From: a virus | IMG/VR virus record: IMGVR_UViG_3300037245_001320 | Span: 32,001 to 96,000 of that record | DNA length: 64,000 nucleotides | Strand: one strand, 5' to 3' | Part shown: positions 32,037-41,313 of the stretch, in pieces | Layout: every line of letters begins with the position of its first letter | Position numbering within the stretch: position 1 is the stretch's first letter | Notes under the pieces: model-generated | The model's input: only the letters and a program-made list of their open reading frames with translations | What the model was told of the DNA's origin: nothing | Database searches by the model: none | Position numbers and translations under genes: made by a program

Positions 32037-33518
32037 TTGCAAAAAGAAAAAATTAAATTATTCAGTACCTTCACAGGAATAGGTAGCCCAGAGATGGCTA
32101 TGAGAAACATAGGATTGGATTTTGAGGTCGTAGGTATATCAGAAGTAGATAAGTGGGCTTTACAAGCTTACGACGCTATCCATTGTGAGAATGAACCAGA
32201 ACCAGAATACCCAACAAAAGAAGAAATGAAAGAATACTTCCTAGAAAAGAATATAGCTTACAACTTCTCCACAGGTAAATCAGAGATGCCTAGAAATGAA
32301 AGAGATCTACAGAGATTATATAAAGCACATAAGAGAAGTCGAAATTTTGGGGATATCAGATTGATAGATGAACACAATCTACCTGAGTTTAACTTCTTCA
32401 CATATAGCTTTCCATGCAAAAATATATCAGTTGCAGGTACACAATCAGGTTTAGATGAAGGATCAGAGACCCAATCATCCTTACTATGGGAGTGTAAAAG
32501 ACTAATAGAAGTAAACAAACCTAAATACCTCTTAATGGAGAATGTTAAGAATCTTGTAGGTAAGAAGTTCAAACCACTATTAGAGTTATGGATAGAGACT
32601 TTAGATGAACTAGGATATAAATCATCTTATAAAGTATTGAATGGTAAAGATTTTGGAGTACCTCAGAATAGAGAAAGAGTTATGATGATTTCTATTTTAG
32701 ATGATGGAGAAGAAGATTATATTTTTCCAGAAGGACAACCACTAGATATATGTCTACATGATGTGTTAGAGCCTAAAGTAGATGAAAAGTACTATATCAA
32801 CCCTGAGAAGTACAAGCATATAACAGCACCTTTACCCTCACAAGAAATAAGCTATTGTATTGATGCTAATTATCATAAAGGTATTTCTGTAGATCAATAT
32901 ATCTTGAAGAGAAGAAGACAATTAGTTCAGGTAGGTAATCTAGAGAATAAGATTCATTCTAATACCAGAGTTTATGCTGAGGAGGGATTAAGTCCAACTT
33001 TAAATAGTATGAATGGAGGCAACAGACAACCTAAGATCCTAGTAGACGGATGTGCTATAAGAGGTAGGACTCCTAAGGGAGAAGGCAAGGATACCCCTGT
33101 AGAGCAGAGATTAGAGATAAACAAACATGAGGGTGTTTCTAACAGTATAACCACTGTAGGGAAGGATAGTCTTGTTTGTGAGACATCTTATGGGGGAAGA
33201 ATCGTAGGTAGAAATCCAGATAATCCCAAAAGCAGAGTAAAAGGACTACCTACTGTACAGATGTTAGAGTTGAATAAAAACCCTGATATCTCTAATACTC
33301 TGTCTACCGTTCAAAAAGATTCTGTGGTAATGAATACTCATAGGAGAGTTAGAAAATTAACACCTCTAGAATGTTGGAGACTAATGGGCTACACAGATGA
33401 AGATTTTGAGAAGAGCAGGGACAAGGGGTTTTTAGCAAACACAAAGTTATACGAGAGAGCAGGAAGAGGAATTGTAGTTCCTATGCTTGAAGCATTACTT
33501 ACAAATCTATTTTATTAA
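32037..33518 (+). CDS. C5-cytosine DNA methyltransferase family protein (probable carboxymethyltransferase, multi-TRD)
   Basis: FTGIG, GDI, YSFPC, MENVKNL, PQNRER, RKLTPLECWRLMG; motif X reads AGRG instead of AGN(S/A). Confidence 0.9.
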   Translation: MQKEKIKLFSTFTGIGSPEMAMRNIGLDFEVVGISEVDKWALQAYDAIHCENEPEPEYPTKEEMKEYFLEKNIAYNFSTGKSEMPRNERDLQRLYKAHKRSRNFGDIRLIDEHNLPEFNFFTYSFPCKNISVAGTQSGLDEGSETQSSLLWECKRLIEVNKPKYLLMENVKNLVGKKFKPLLELWIETLDELGYKSSYKVLNGKDFGVPQNRERVMMISILDDGEEDYIFPEGQPLDICLHDVLEPKVDEKYYINPEKYKHITAPLPSQEISYCIDANYHKGISVDQYILKRRRQLVQVGNLENKIHSNTRVYAEEGLSPTLNSMNGGNRQPKILVDGCAIRGRTPKGEGKDTPVEQRLEINKHEGVSNSITTVGKDSLVCETSYGGRIVGRNPDNPKSRVKGLPTVQMLELNKNPDISNTLSTVQKDSVVMNTHRRVRKLTPLECWRLMGYTDEDFEKSRDKGFLANTKLYERAGRGIVVPMLEALLTNLFY

Positions 33519-33530
33519 ATAACTAGAATA

Positions 33531-33554
33531 AGGCATCCTTTTATGGTGTCTTTT
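33531..33554 (+). terminator. Terminator after the modification operon
   Basis: AGGCATC...GGTGTCT hairpin followed by TTT. Confidence 0.55.
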
Positions 33555-33577
33555 CTGCATTAATTAAAAAACATCAG

Positions 33578-33601
33578 AAAAAATTCCCACTATGCTATAA
33601 T
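33578..33601 (+). promoter_or_regulatory. Conserved 24-bp phage promoter, copy 4
   Basis: AAAAAATTCCCACTATGCTATAAT. Confidence 0.85.
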
Positions 33602-33607
33602 AGAGTT

Positions 33608-33780
33608 AAGAGGAAACTGAACCATCCTCAAAAACTACTTGACATTCTGATAAAAGTAAATTAAAATTGGAGAATATATAAGAACTCCATTTAAATGAAA
33701 ACAGGAGAATAATAAAGATTTCAGAATGGTCTTTAAAATATTCGGTTCAGACCTGTGGAAACTTAGATGGAGTTCTTTTT
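33608..33780 (+). ncRNA. Structured leader RNA B upstream of HNH gene 2
   Basis: 15-bp stem 33680-33694/33763-33777; CUGAACC/GGUUCAG and CAUUCUGA/UCAGAAUG pairings; same fold as RNA A. Confidence 0.75.
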
Positions 33781-33793
33781 ATATAATAGGTAA

Positions 33794-34855
33794 ATGAGTA
33801 AAGAAAAAGAGAAAGATGTTGTTAGTGTTGGGATGAAGAAGTGTAGAACTTGTGGGAAAGAGAAGGAATCTACTTTAGAGAACTTTCACGCAGGAAGAGG
33901 AAGCAAAGGAGGATTTCTACTTGATTGTAAAGAATGCAAGCGAGCCAAGGAAAGAGGAGACAAATATTATTTAGAACACTTTGAAAGAGAGGAAGACACT
34001 ACTCCAGCAGGATATAAGAAATGTAGTGATTGTGGGAAAAATAAAGAACAAACTGCTGAGTTTTTCCACAGAGACAAAGGATTTAAATCAGGCTTTAAGG
34101 CAAGATGTAAAGATTGTGAAAATATTATTAGAAACAAGCCAAAAAGAAAAGCCAACGATAAAAAACAAGCACAGAACCGCAACGCTAGACCAGAAGTAAG
34201 AATTCAGAGAAAGGAACAGAGAAAGGAATATAAAGCTAGACCAGAAGTTACGAAACACACTAAAGAGTATAATAAAGAATATTTATCTAGACCAGAAGTT
34301 AAGAAACATACTAAAGAGTATCATAAAGAATGGTATAAAAAACCAGAAAATAAAGAACGTAAAAAACAACAAGATAGGATAAATTCCCAAAAGCCTGAAA
34401 ATAAAGCTAAAAGAGCTGAAAGACGCAGAGAAAGATACAAAAATGAACCCTTATTTAGAATAAGGGTTAATCTTAGCAGAAATTTTTCCAGTCAGCTAAA
34501 AACACTTGGAACAAAAAAGCCCTCTGGAACTATGACTTATACAGGATGTACAAATGAAGAACTCTTAAAACATTTAAACACAGGCGAGTACACAATGAAG
34601 GACTACATGACAAACACCCCTTTGGAGACCTTCTTCGATTTTGATCACATAATACCTTCTCAGTATTTCTTAGATAGAATTAAAACAGATGAAAACGATA
34701 AAATAACAAAAGAGACACTTCCTTGGTTGCATAATTGGTGGAGCTACAGAAACATGAGGATTTGGCCTCATATACCCAATATTATTAAAGGAAAGAATAT
34801 AGATCAGGAGCTAATAGCTAAACATGGTATAGAAGATCTGTTAACTATAGATTAA
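33794..34855 (+). CDS. HNH endonuclease with N-terminal zinc-finger repeats (paralog 2)
   Basis: Two KKC..CGK.KE...F......CK.C units, RPEV repeats, DFDHIIP...NMRIWP...N..K, C-terminal LI..HGIEDLL shared with paralog 1. Confidence 0.8.
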   Translation: MSKEKEKDVVSVGMKKCRTCGKEKESTLENFHAGRGSKGGFLLDCKECKRAKERGDKYYLEHFEREEDTTPAGYKKCSDCGKNKEQTAEFFHRDKGFKSGFKARCKDCENIIRNKPKRKANDKKQAQNRNARPEVRIQRKEQRKEYKARPEVTKHTKEYNKEYLSRPEVKKHTKEYHKEWYKKPENKERKKQQDRINSQKPENKAKRAERRRERYKNEPLFRIRVNLSRNFSSQLKTLGTKKPSGTMTYTGCTNEELLKHLNTGEYTMKDYMTNTPLETFFDFDHIIPSQYFLDRIKTDENDKITKETLPWLHNWWSYRNMRIWPHIPNIIKGKNIDQELIAKHGIEDLLTID

Positions 34856-34921
34856 CTATTAAGACACTCATTAGAAGTGTCTTTTTCATTTATAAACAAT
34901 ACAAAATACCACCAACCATCA

Positions 34922-34945
34922 AAAAAATTCCCACTATGCTATAAT
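34922..34945 (+). promoter_or_regulatory. Conserved 24-bp phage promoter, copy 5 (portal)
   Basis: AAAAAATTCCCACTATGCTATAAT. Confidence 0.85.
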
Positions 34946-34978
34946 AGAGATAGATTAATAAAAATTAAAGGACATAAG

Positions 34979-36568
34979 ATGGTTTCAAACACACATTCAG
35001 ATTACAATGAAAATAAATCTATTTGGAAAGCAAATAGAGCAGCATTCAAGGGACAGAAGTCTATTAAAGAAGGAACCACGCTATACCTTCCTCCAAAAGG
35101 ATTTCACGTAGAACAAGGTATGAAAAATACAACAGATCAAGGGTATATAGAGTATACAGCATTTTCTAACAGAGCGGTGTGGTTCGATGCGACACACAGA
35201 ACAGTTGAAGCGACCATGGGCCTTATTTTTAGGCGGCCAGCGTTTATCACAGGGGACGATCTAATTGAACCTTATGTTAAAGACTTTACAGTAGACAATA
35301 AAACACTTCAAACAGCTTCTGAGGAATTATGTAAAGAAGTAATATTACAAGGAAGAGCAGGCTTACTAGTGTCCTACCCAGAAGTAGATACAACAGGCAT
35401 GTCAAAACAAGAAGTAGAAGATAGAAATATACATGCCTATTCAGCAATATATAAAACAGAAGACATAATTAATTGGAAGTTACGGAAGGTGGCAGGAAGG
35501 TTAATACCCACCCTAGTAGTTTTAAAGGAAAGAGTAGACGCTCCATCTAACACAACATTTGACACACAAAAAGTAGATCAATATAGAGTCCTACAACTAG
35601 ATGAAGAAGGATATTACAAGCAAACATTATATTATTTAGAGAACTACAATATTAGTGAGCAAGACCCGTTTGCAAAAGCCTTCCCAGCAGGAGAGTACTA
35701 TCCGTTGATGAATGGGAAGAAGATGATAGAAATTCCTTTTATACCTATAGGAGTGTCAGGAGTAACTTGGGATATAGAACGTTCTCCTGTCTCAGGAATA
35801 GTGGATTTAAACATAGCTCATTATCGTAACAGTGCTGAGCTTGAGGCTGCTATAGCAATGACTAGTTCACCGACTTTAGTCATAAGTGGATTTGAAGTTA
35901 AAGATGGATCCAAGATCGTTTTGGGGGGTTCAAATGCCTTAATTTTACATGACACAGCAGGATCAGCATCCTTCTTAGAATATACTGGAGCAGGAATATC
36001 TTCTATTGCAGATGCTATGCAAGAGAAGAAAAAAGAGATGGCTGTGTTAGGATTAAGAATTTTATCTTCCGAACAAGCCTCAAATGAAGGATCAGAAACA
36101 GCAACAATTCATAGTAAAGGGGAAGAGAGTGTTCTTGAAAATATAGCAAACAGTGTTTCGGAAGCGTTAACACGGGCTCTAAAATTGATGGTCGAATGGG
36201 ATAACCCTGATGCAGATACAGAAGAAATAAGAGTAAAGCTAAATACGGACTTTATACCCAACGCTATTTCAGCCAACACCATCAATGCACTTACAGTCCT
36301 ATTAAAATCTTTTGGTATCTCTGACAGGGAAATGTTTGAGGTTCTAAAAAGAGGAGAAATACTTCCTGCTGAGATGACATTTGAAGAACACCAGAAACAA
36401 ATAAAAGAGTCTATGGCTTTCTCTATGTTTTCAGATCTAGGGGAAGACTCAACAACAGATTTTAATGCTCCAGTAGATTTTAGAAGATTAACAAAACCAG
36501 AAGATCCAGGAAATCCTCAAGCAGAAAAAAGACCTGATGTAGACCCAGGTGGATCACAAAATAGATAA
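34979..36568 (+). CDS. Portal protein (DUF4055-like)
   Basis: YLP...Y..F..RA.....T..T....G..FR; Y..EDIINW; LNIAHYRNSA; first gene of the head module; likely start ATG 34979. Confidence 0.85.
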   Translation: MVSNTHSDYNENKSIWKANRAAFKGQKSIKEGTTLYLPPKGFHVEQGMKNTTDQGYIEYTAFSNRAVWFDATHRTVEATMGLIFRRPAFITGDDLIEPYVKDFTVDNKTLQTASEELCKEVILQGRAGLLVSYPEVDTTGMSKQEVEDRNIHAYSAIYKTEDIINWKLRKVAGRLIPTLVVLKERVDAPSNTTFDTQKVDQYRVLQLDEEGYYKQTLYYLENYNISEQDPFAKAFPAGEYYPLMNGKKMIEIPFIPIGVSGVTWDIERSPVSGIVDLNIAHYRNSAELEAAIAMTSSPTLVISGFEVKDGSKIVLGGSNALILHDTAGSASFLEYTGAGISSIADAMQEKKKEMAVLGLRILSSEQASNEGSETATIHSKGEESVLENIANSVSEALTRALKLMVEWDNPDADTEEIRVKLNTDFIPNAISANTINALTVLLKSFGISDREMFEVLKRGEILPAEMTFEEHQKQIKESMAFSMFSDLGEDSTTDFNAPVDFRRLTKPEDPGNPQAEKRPDVDPGGSQNR

Positions 36569-36589
36569 AAAAAGTAAAAGGAACATCAT

Positions 36590-37657
36590 ATGTCTAAACA
36601 AACCCTACAAGAAGAAACTTCAGACACACTCACAGCACACCAAATAGAAGTAAACAAGTTCGGTCAGTCACAGAGAAAGAAAATAATGGATGATATATCC
36701 CTACTACTAATAGATATAAAGACAACGCTCTTAAACGGCTCTGAGGAGGTTACTTTAGGAGAGTTGCGGGATATGATCAGAACAGCCAATCGGATGTTTA
36801 AGGAAGGCTTCAGAGAGATTAGAAACAGTGTTGAAGAAGGAGCCTTTGAACTCTTACAGGTAGAACTTACTGGGCAGACAAAATTACTCCAAGAATTGAT
36901 AGATGATTATGAAGTGCAGTACACAGTTAGAGAACCTTCACATGTATTAGCAACCAGAGCTTTAAAAGATCTCCCTATAGAAGATTTAACATTTGCAACA
37001 TGGTTTGACATATGGGAGAAAAAAACTAATGGTAGAATGAAATCAGGATTGTTCTCAGAACACTCAGATGATAAATCCAGAACAGATTTAGTACAAGATG
37101 TGTTTGGTAGAGGTAAGGATCCATTTGTATTTCAAACATTTTTAGGATCACATAGAGATATGAACGGATTACTAATTTCTATTGTTGATGGAACTAATTC
37201 AATAAGTACCAGTTCTATCGCAGATTCCAATTCAGGTATTATTGAAGCAGTTATCTGGAATAGCTGCTTATGCAGCACAACTTGCGCTCGCTGCGCTTCA
37301 CTTCACGGAGCAATTCGATGGATAAATGGAGTAGATGAAACAGACGGAAATGAAATTCCATTGCATCCCAATTGTTTGTGCTTTTGGACATATAAGTACA
37401 AAAACGTAAAATCGATGGATGCGAAAGTACCCAAAACAGCACGTTCAGCAATAAACTCCAACGAAGTGCCAAAAAAATTCCCACTATGGTATAATGGAGT
37501 TAGTCAGAAGAGACGAATAGAATTATTTGGGAGGACAAAAGTGAAAATGATAGATTCAGGAGAAATAAAAGTTTCACAATTACTCACAAAAAAGAATCGA
37601 AGAGTGTACACTCTCGATGAACTTAAACAAAAGGGTTATAAAATACCCACAAAATAA
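36590..37657 (+). CDS. Head morphogenesis protein (Mu gpF/SPP1 gp7-like)
   Basis: TT...C.SLHG...PLHPNC.C motif; follows portal. Confidence 0.8.
   Translation: MSKQTLQEETSDTLTAHQIEVNKFGQSQRKKIMDDISLLLIDIKTTLLNGSEEVTLGELRDMIRTANRMFKEGFREIRNSVEEGAFELLQVELTGQTKLLQELIDDYEVQYTVREPSHVLATRALKDLPIEDLTFATWFDIWEKKTNGRMKSGLFSEHSDDKSRTDLVQDVFGRGKDPFVFQTFLGSHRDMNGLLISIVDGTNSISTSSIADSNSGIIEAVIWNSCLCSTTCARCASLHGAIRWINGVDETDGNEIPLHPNCLCFWTYKYKNVKSMDAKVPKTARSAINSNEVPKKFPLWYNGVSQKRRIELFGRTKVKMIDSGEIKVSQLLTKKNRRVYTLDELKQKGYKIPTK
37472..37495 (+). promoter_or_regulatory. Conserved 24-bp phage promoter, copy 6 (inside a CDS, upstream of scaffold/capsid)
   Basis: AAAAAATTCCCACTATGGTATAAT overlapping codons KKFPLWYN. 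Confidence 0.8.
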
Positions 37658-37701
37658 AAAGAACACAGGGTGTTCGAGAAACAAAAGGGAGAACCATAGG
37701 A

Positions 37702-38490
37702 ATGGGATTCAAAGAAGATTTAGAAAAAGCAGTAGAAAAGATTGAGGACGAAGCAGTAAGAGCAGGAATCATCAATGAAGTAGAGCAAGCACACACAACG
37801 GATGTAGCAGGGTTAAAAGAAAATAGAGACCAGCTTATTAATGAGAAAAAAGAAGTCGTATCAAAGTTTGAGACTTTGGAAACAACTCTAGCATCACTAG
37901 AGGGAGATTCAAAAGTAGAATTAGAAAGACTTGAAAAAATAAATGCAGAACTTTTAGCTAATCCAGGGGATGAAGAGAAGATAAAGCAACTAGAAGTAAG
38001 ATCAGCAGAAAAACTAAGGATCAATGACCTAGAGCATAAAGGGGCTATTGATTTAATACAAAAAGATTTACTTGAAAGGGAAGGAAGAATAAATTCTCTC
38101 GATCAAGAAATAGTTAATGGATTGCGACAAGCAGGGCTTAGTGCTTCCTTAGATAAGGCAAACGTTAAAGTAGAAGATAAACCTTTACTTATGCGAGCTT
38201 TATTGAATGACGTTTATGTAGAAACAATAGGAGTAGAGAGAAAAGTTAAGTTCAAACATGGAGCTTTAAACACACCTTACCCTATTGAGGATGGAATTAA
38301 GACTTGGGCAGGAGATCCTTTAAATAAGAGATATATTGCAGCAATCAACAACAGGGGTGCAGGAGCAGGCGGTTCACAAGGTAATAGCTCAATAGTAAGT
38401 AAGCCTTACAAAGAGATGAGTTATGAAGAAAAAGTGGCACTGAAACAAGCTGACCCAGAACTATTTGCACAAGTAAAAGCTAATGCATAA
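37702..38490 (+). CDS. Capsid scaffolding protein
   Basis: Coiled-coil, GL......L..EK, GAGAGG and MS.EEK..L...DP tail; precedes the capsid gene. Confidence 0.75.
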   Translation: MGFKEDLEKAVEKIEDEAVRAGIINEVEQAHTTDVAGLKENRDQLINEKKEVVSKFETLETTLASLEGDSKVELERLEKINAELLANPGDEEKIKQLEVRSAEKLRINDLEHKGAIDLIQKDLLEREGRINSLDQEIVNGLRQAGLSASLDKANVKVEDKPLLMRALLNDVYVETIGVERKVKFKHGALNTPYPIEDGIKTWAGDPLNKRYIAAINNRGAGAGGSQGNSSIVSKPYKEMSYEEKVALKQADPELFAQVKANA

Positions 38491-38523
38491 GAGATGCAGG
38501 CTTTATAAAACAGGAGATAATAA

Positions 38524-39528
38524 ATGGCAGTAACAAAAATCGCAGACGTAGTAGTACCAGACATATTCGCAGAGTACTTAATGGAACCAATTCTAATTAA
38601 GAATGCACTATTTGATTCAGGTATCGTAATGTTTGATGCTTTACTAGCATCTAAGTTAGACAGAGGTGGAGATGATTTTAAATTTCCATACTGGGGAGCA
38701 ATGGATTCAGATGTATTAACAGTACCTACTGAAGATGGAACAGGAATAGTTAACAAGATTACATCCAAAACTCTAACAGTCGCTAGACAGTTCCGAGAGT
38801 ACAACGCAGCAGCAACAGCTATGGCATCTATCCTAGCTGGTTCTAATGCAATGAGTGCAATCAAAGAGAGAGTTGTACAAGTTTGGAAGACAGGTATTCA
38901 AGCAACTACTGTAGCAACCTTAACAGGTATTTTAAATACAGCAGGTGGAGCATTAGTAGTTAACGATGCAGCTAATGTCTCTGGTGTAGATCCAACAGTT
39001 GCAAATAACATTTCACCTGAAGCTATTATAGATGCAGAAGCATTACTTGGAGATCAAGGTGGAGCTTTTAATGCTATGTTAATTCATAGTAAAGTATTAG
39101 CTGAGTTAAAGAAATTAAACTTAATTGATTTTGAACCTGTAGCAGACCAAGCGCAAGATATTATGTTTTACCAAGGCATGAGAGTAATCGTAGATGATGC
39201 ACTATACAACTTTGATAGACCTCAGGTTGCAGGAAATGCAACTGTGTATACTACTTTCTTACTAAAAGGTGCAGCATTTAAATATGGTGATTCTGAGAAT
39301 GGATTTGATCCAGTTTTTGTTGATAATGATAGAACAGTAGGTCTGGGTGTAGAAACTTTATACACAGCTAAAATGTTCGCATTAGCTCCAATGGGTTTTG
39401 ACTTTATAGGAACACCAGCAGGAGATGCAGGACCAACAGATGTTGAACTAGCAGTAGATACAAACTGGGAACTAAAATTCAATTCCAACACAATGGGATT
39501 TGTAGCATTATACACTAACGCAGTGTAA
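38524..39528 (+). CDS. Major capsid protein
   Basis: MAVTKIADVVVPDIF..Y, SGI, P.W..., DA...LGD, HS.V...L, G.RVIVDD pattern; position. Confidence 0.85.
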   Translation: MAVTKIADVVVPDIFAEYLMEPILIKNALFDSGIVMFDALLASKLDRGGDDFKFPYWGAMDSDVLTVPTEDGTGIVNKITSKTLTVARQFREYNAAATAMASILAGSNAMSAIKERVVQVWKTGIQATTVATLTGILNTAGGALVVNDAANVSGVDPTVANNISPEAIIDAEALLGDQGGAFNAMLIHSKVLAELKKLNLIDFEPVADQAQDIMFYQGMRVIVDDALYNFDRPQVAGNATVYTTFLLKGAAFKYGDSENGFDPVFVDNDRTVGLGVETLYTAKMFALAPMGFDFIGTPAGDAGPTDVELAVDTNWELKFNSNTMGFVALYTNAV

Positions 39529-39535
39529 TTAAACA

Positions 39536-39563
39536 GGAGAGAGCTTTAATTAGTTCTCTCCTT
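39536..39563 (+). terminator. Hairpin/terminator after the capsid gene
   Basis: AGGAGAGAGCT...AGTTCTCTCCT. Confidence 0.6.
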
Positions 39564-39897
39564 AATTTATAGGAGATTTAAAAATGGCACGAGGCGACGG
39601 TACAGGCGGTGGAGCATATTCATTAAAGAAAGTAGAAGTAAAACTTTTAATTATGATACAAAAGCAAGATTCAAGAATTAAGCAACTTGAGACACAAATG
39701 GAAACATTACTAAAAGAAACAAAAGGTTCTACAGAGAACGAGATTTTAAAAGTTAAAAAATTAGATGAATTTTCAAAAGCAGATTTAAAAAAATTGTCAG
39801 ATGAATATGGAATCAATGATACAGACTTTAAAAATAAAGCTGATTATGTAAAAGCATTAAAAGCAAAAGATAAAACATTAGTATAAGGAAGTAACCA

Positions 39898-40416
39898 ATG
39901 GCATTTATAGTTGAAGATGGAACAGGATTATCCAATGCGAACTCATATGTAGCAGTACAAGAATACAGAGACTACTACACTGACAGGGGAATAGATAAAG
40001 CATCAGAGACTGATGACCAGATACAAGGTTACTTAGTACAAGGAACAGAGTTTATCGATTTAACTTATTGCTTCTGTGGTGAGAAGTTAGTCGGTACTCA
40101 AGCCTTACAATTTCCTAGATTAATAGATGATGTAGATGTAGGTGTTCCAACACAGGTAAAATACGCTACAATCATTATGGGAAATAATGTTTCTAGTTTA
40201 TCTACAGGTGGAAGTCTTTATATAGACTCTAATCAGAATATATCAAGAAACAAAGAGAAAGTAGGGCCTATCGAAACTGATGTAACATATACAACAGGAG
40301 GAGATAGAAAGAATACAACCGTTCAATCATGGTATCCTGAAGTAACAAGATATTTAGACACATACACATGTGATGATGGATTAGGAGCAAATCAACGGAG
40401 GGTTCTTAGCGGATGA
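39898..40416 (+). CDS. Head-tail adaptor (DnaT-like family)
   Basis: IVEDGTGL.NANSY...QALQFPR...VP..VK.A...EKVGPIE..Y. Confidence 0.8.
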   Translation: MAFIVEDGTGLSNANSYVAVQEYRDYYTDRGIDKASETDDQIQGYLVQGTEFIDLTYCFCGEKLVGTQALQFPRLIDDVDVGVPTQVKYATIIMGNNVSSLSTGGSLYIDSNQNISRNKEKVGPIETDVTYTTGGDRKNTTVQSWYPEVTRYLDTYTCDDGLGANQRRVLSG

Positions 40417-40772
40417 CAAAAGAAGCTCAAGAAGCAGTAGCTATAAAAGCTGTAGCATTGATTGAAGAGTCAGGCTTCCCAATAACATTAACACATGAAG
40501 TTGGAGCAAGCTACGATCCAGATACAGGACCTGTAGTAGGAATAACAGAATTATCCCAAGGGTTTGCAATAGAAACTGAATGGGAAGTTGACTCAGTACC
40601 CACATCAATAGCAACAAGCGTTAAGAAAGTAATTTTAGCTGTTCAGATAAATGAACCTATAGTTAACAAAGATACTTTAACATTTAAAAATGAAACCTAT
40701 AAAGTATTAGGTAGTGAACCTTTAGAAACAGGAGAAGTAAGATTCTTCTATACATTATTTTTAGGAGAGTAA
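40413..40772 (+). CDS. Head closure/stopper protein
   Basis: YDP.TG motif, size and position. Confidence 0.55.
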   Translation: MTKEAQEAVAIKAVALIEESGFPITLTHEVGASYDPDTGPVVGITELSQGFAIETEWEVDSVPTSIATSVKKVILAVQINEPIVNKDTLTFKNETYKVLGSEPLETGEVRFFYTLFLGE

Positions 40773-40773
40773 T

Positions 40774-41313
40774 ATGGCTAATGTTTCAGAATCAGATACT
40801 CCCGAGAAGTTTTTACAAGATATAGAGAACTTTGAAAATTTCACATATAAAACAGTCAACTTTACCATAAAGGCAATATCTTCTCAGTTATTTGAGAATG
40901 TAATAAGAGATACACCTGTTAGATCGGGAAGAGCAAAGAATAACTGGGTGTTTTCATCAGGAACCACAGCAACATATAAAGATGTAGGACCAAAAAAATT
41001 AACTAAAAAACAAAGAGCATCAGGTAGTAGCCCTTTTGATAAATCAGGTGAAGGTGCAATAAAGGCAATGGAGAATGGCTTAAGAAGAGCTCCATCCATG
41101 ATTAAAAAGAAAGAATTTGTACTAGAGTATTATTTAACAAACCAAGTACCATACATAAATAGACTGGAATATGGGAGACCGCCATACAATGCAGGACCTA
41201 ATGTAACAAATGGGAGAAGTTCACAAGCACCAGGAGGAATGGCTAGAAAGAATGTACAAAAGTTCTCAAAGTACACATTAACACAAATAAGTAAAGTGAG
41301 AGGAAAGATATAA
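40774..41313 (+). CDS. HK97 gp10-like neck protein
   Basis: TPV.SGRA..NW...N.VPYI.RLEYG...S.QAP.GM. Confidence 0.8.
   Translation: MANVSESDTPEKFLQDIENFENFTYKTVNFTIKAISSQLFENVIRDTPVRSGRAKNNWVFSSGTTATYKDVGPKKLTKKQRASGSSPFDKSGEGAIKAMENGLRRAPSMIKKKEFVLEYYLTNQVPYINRLEYGRPPYNAGPNVTNGRSSQAPGGMARKNVQKFSKYTLTQISKVRGKI

Noticed and set aside
34877-34978. Portal start at 34877
   Set aside because: It is upstream of the conserved promoter; ATG 34979 follows an AAGGA RBS
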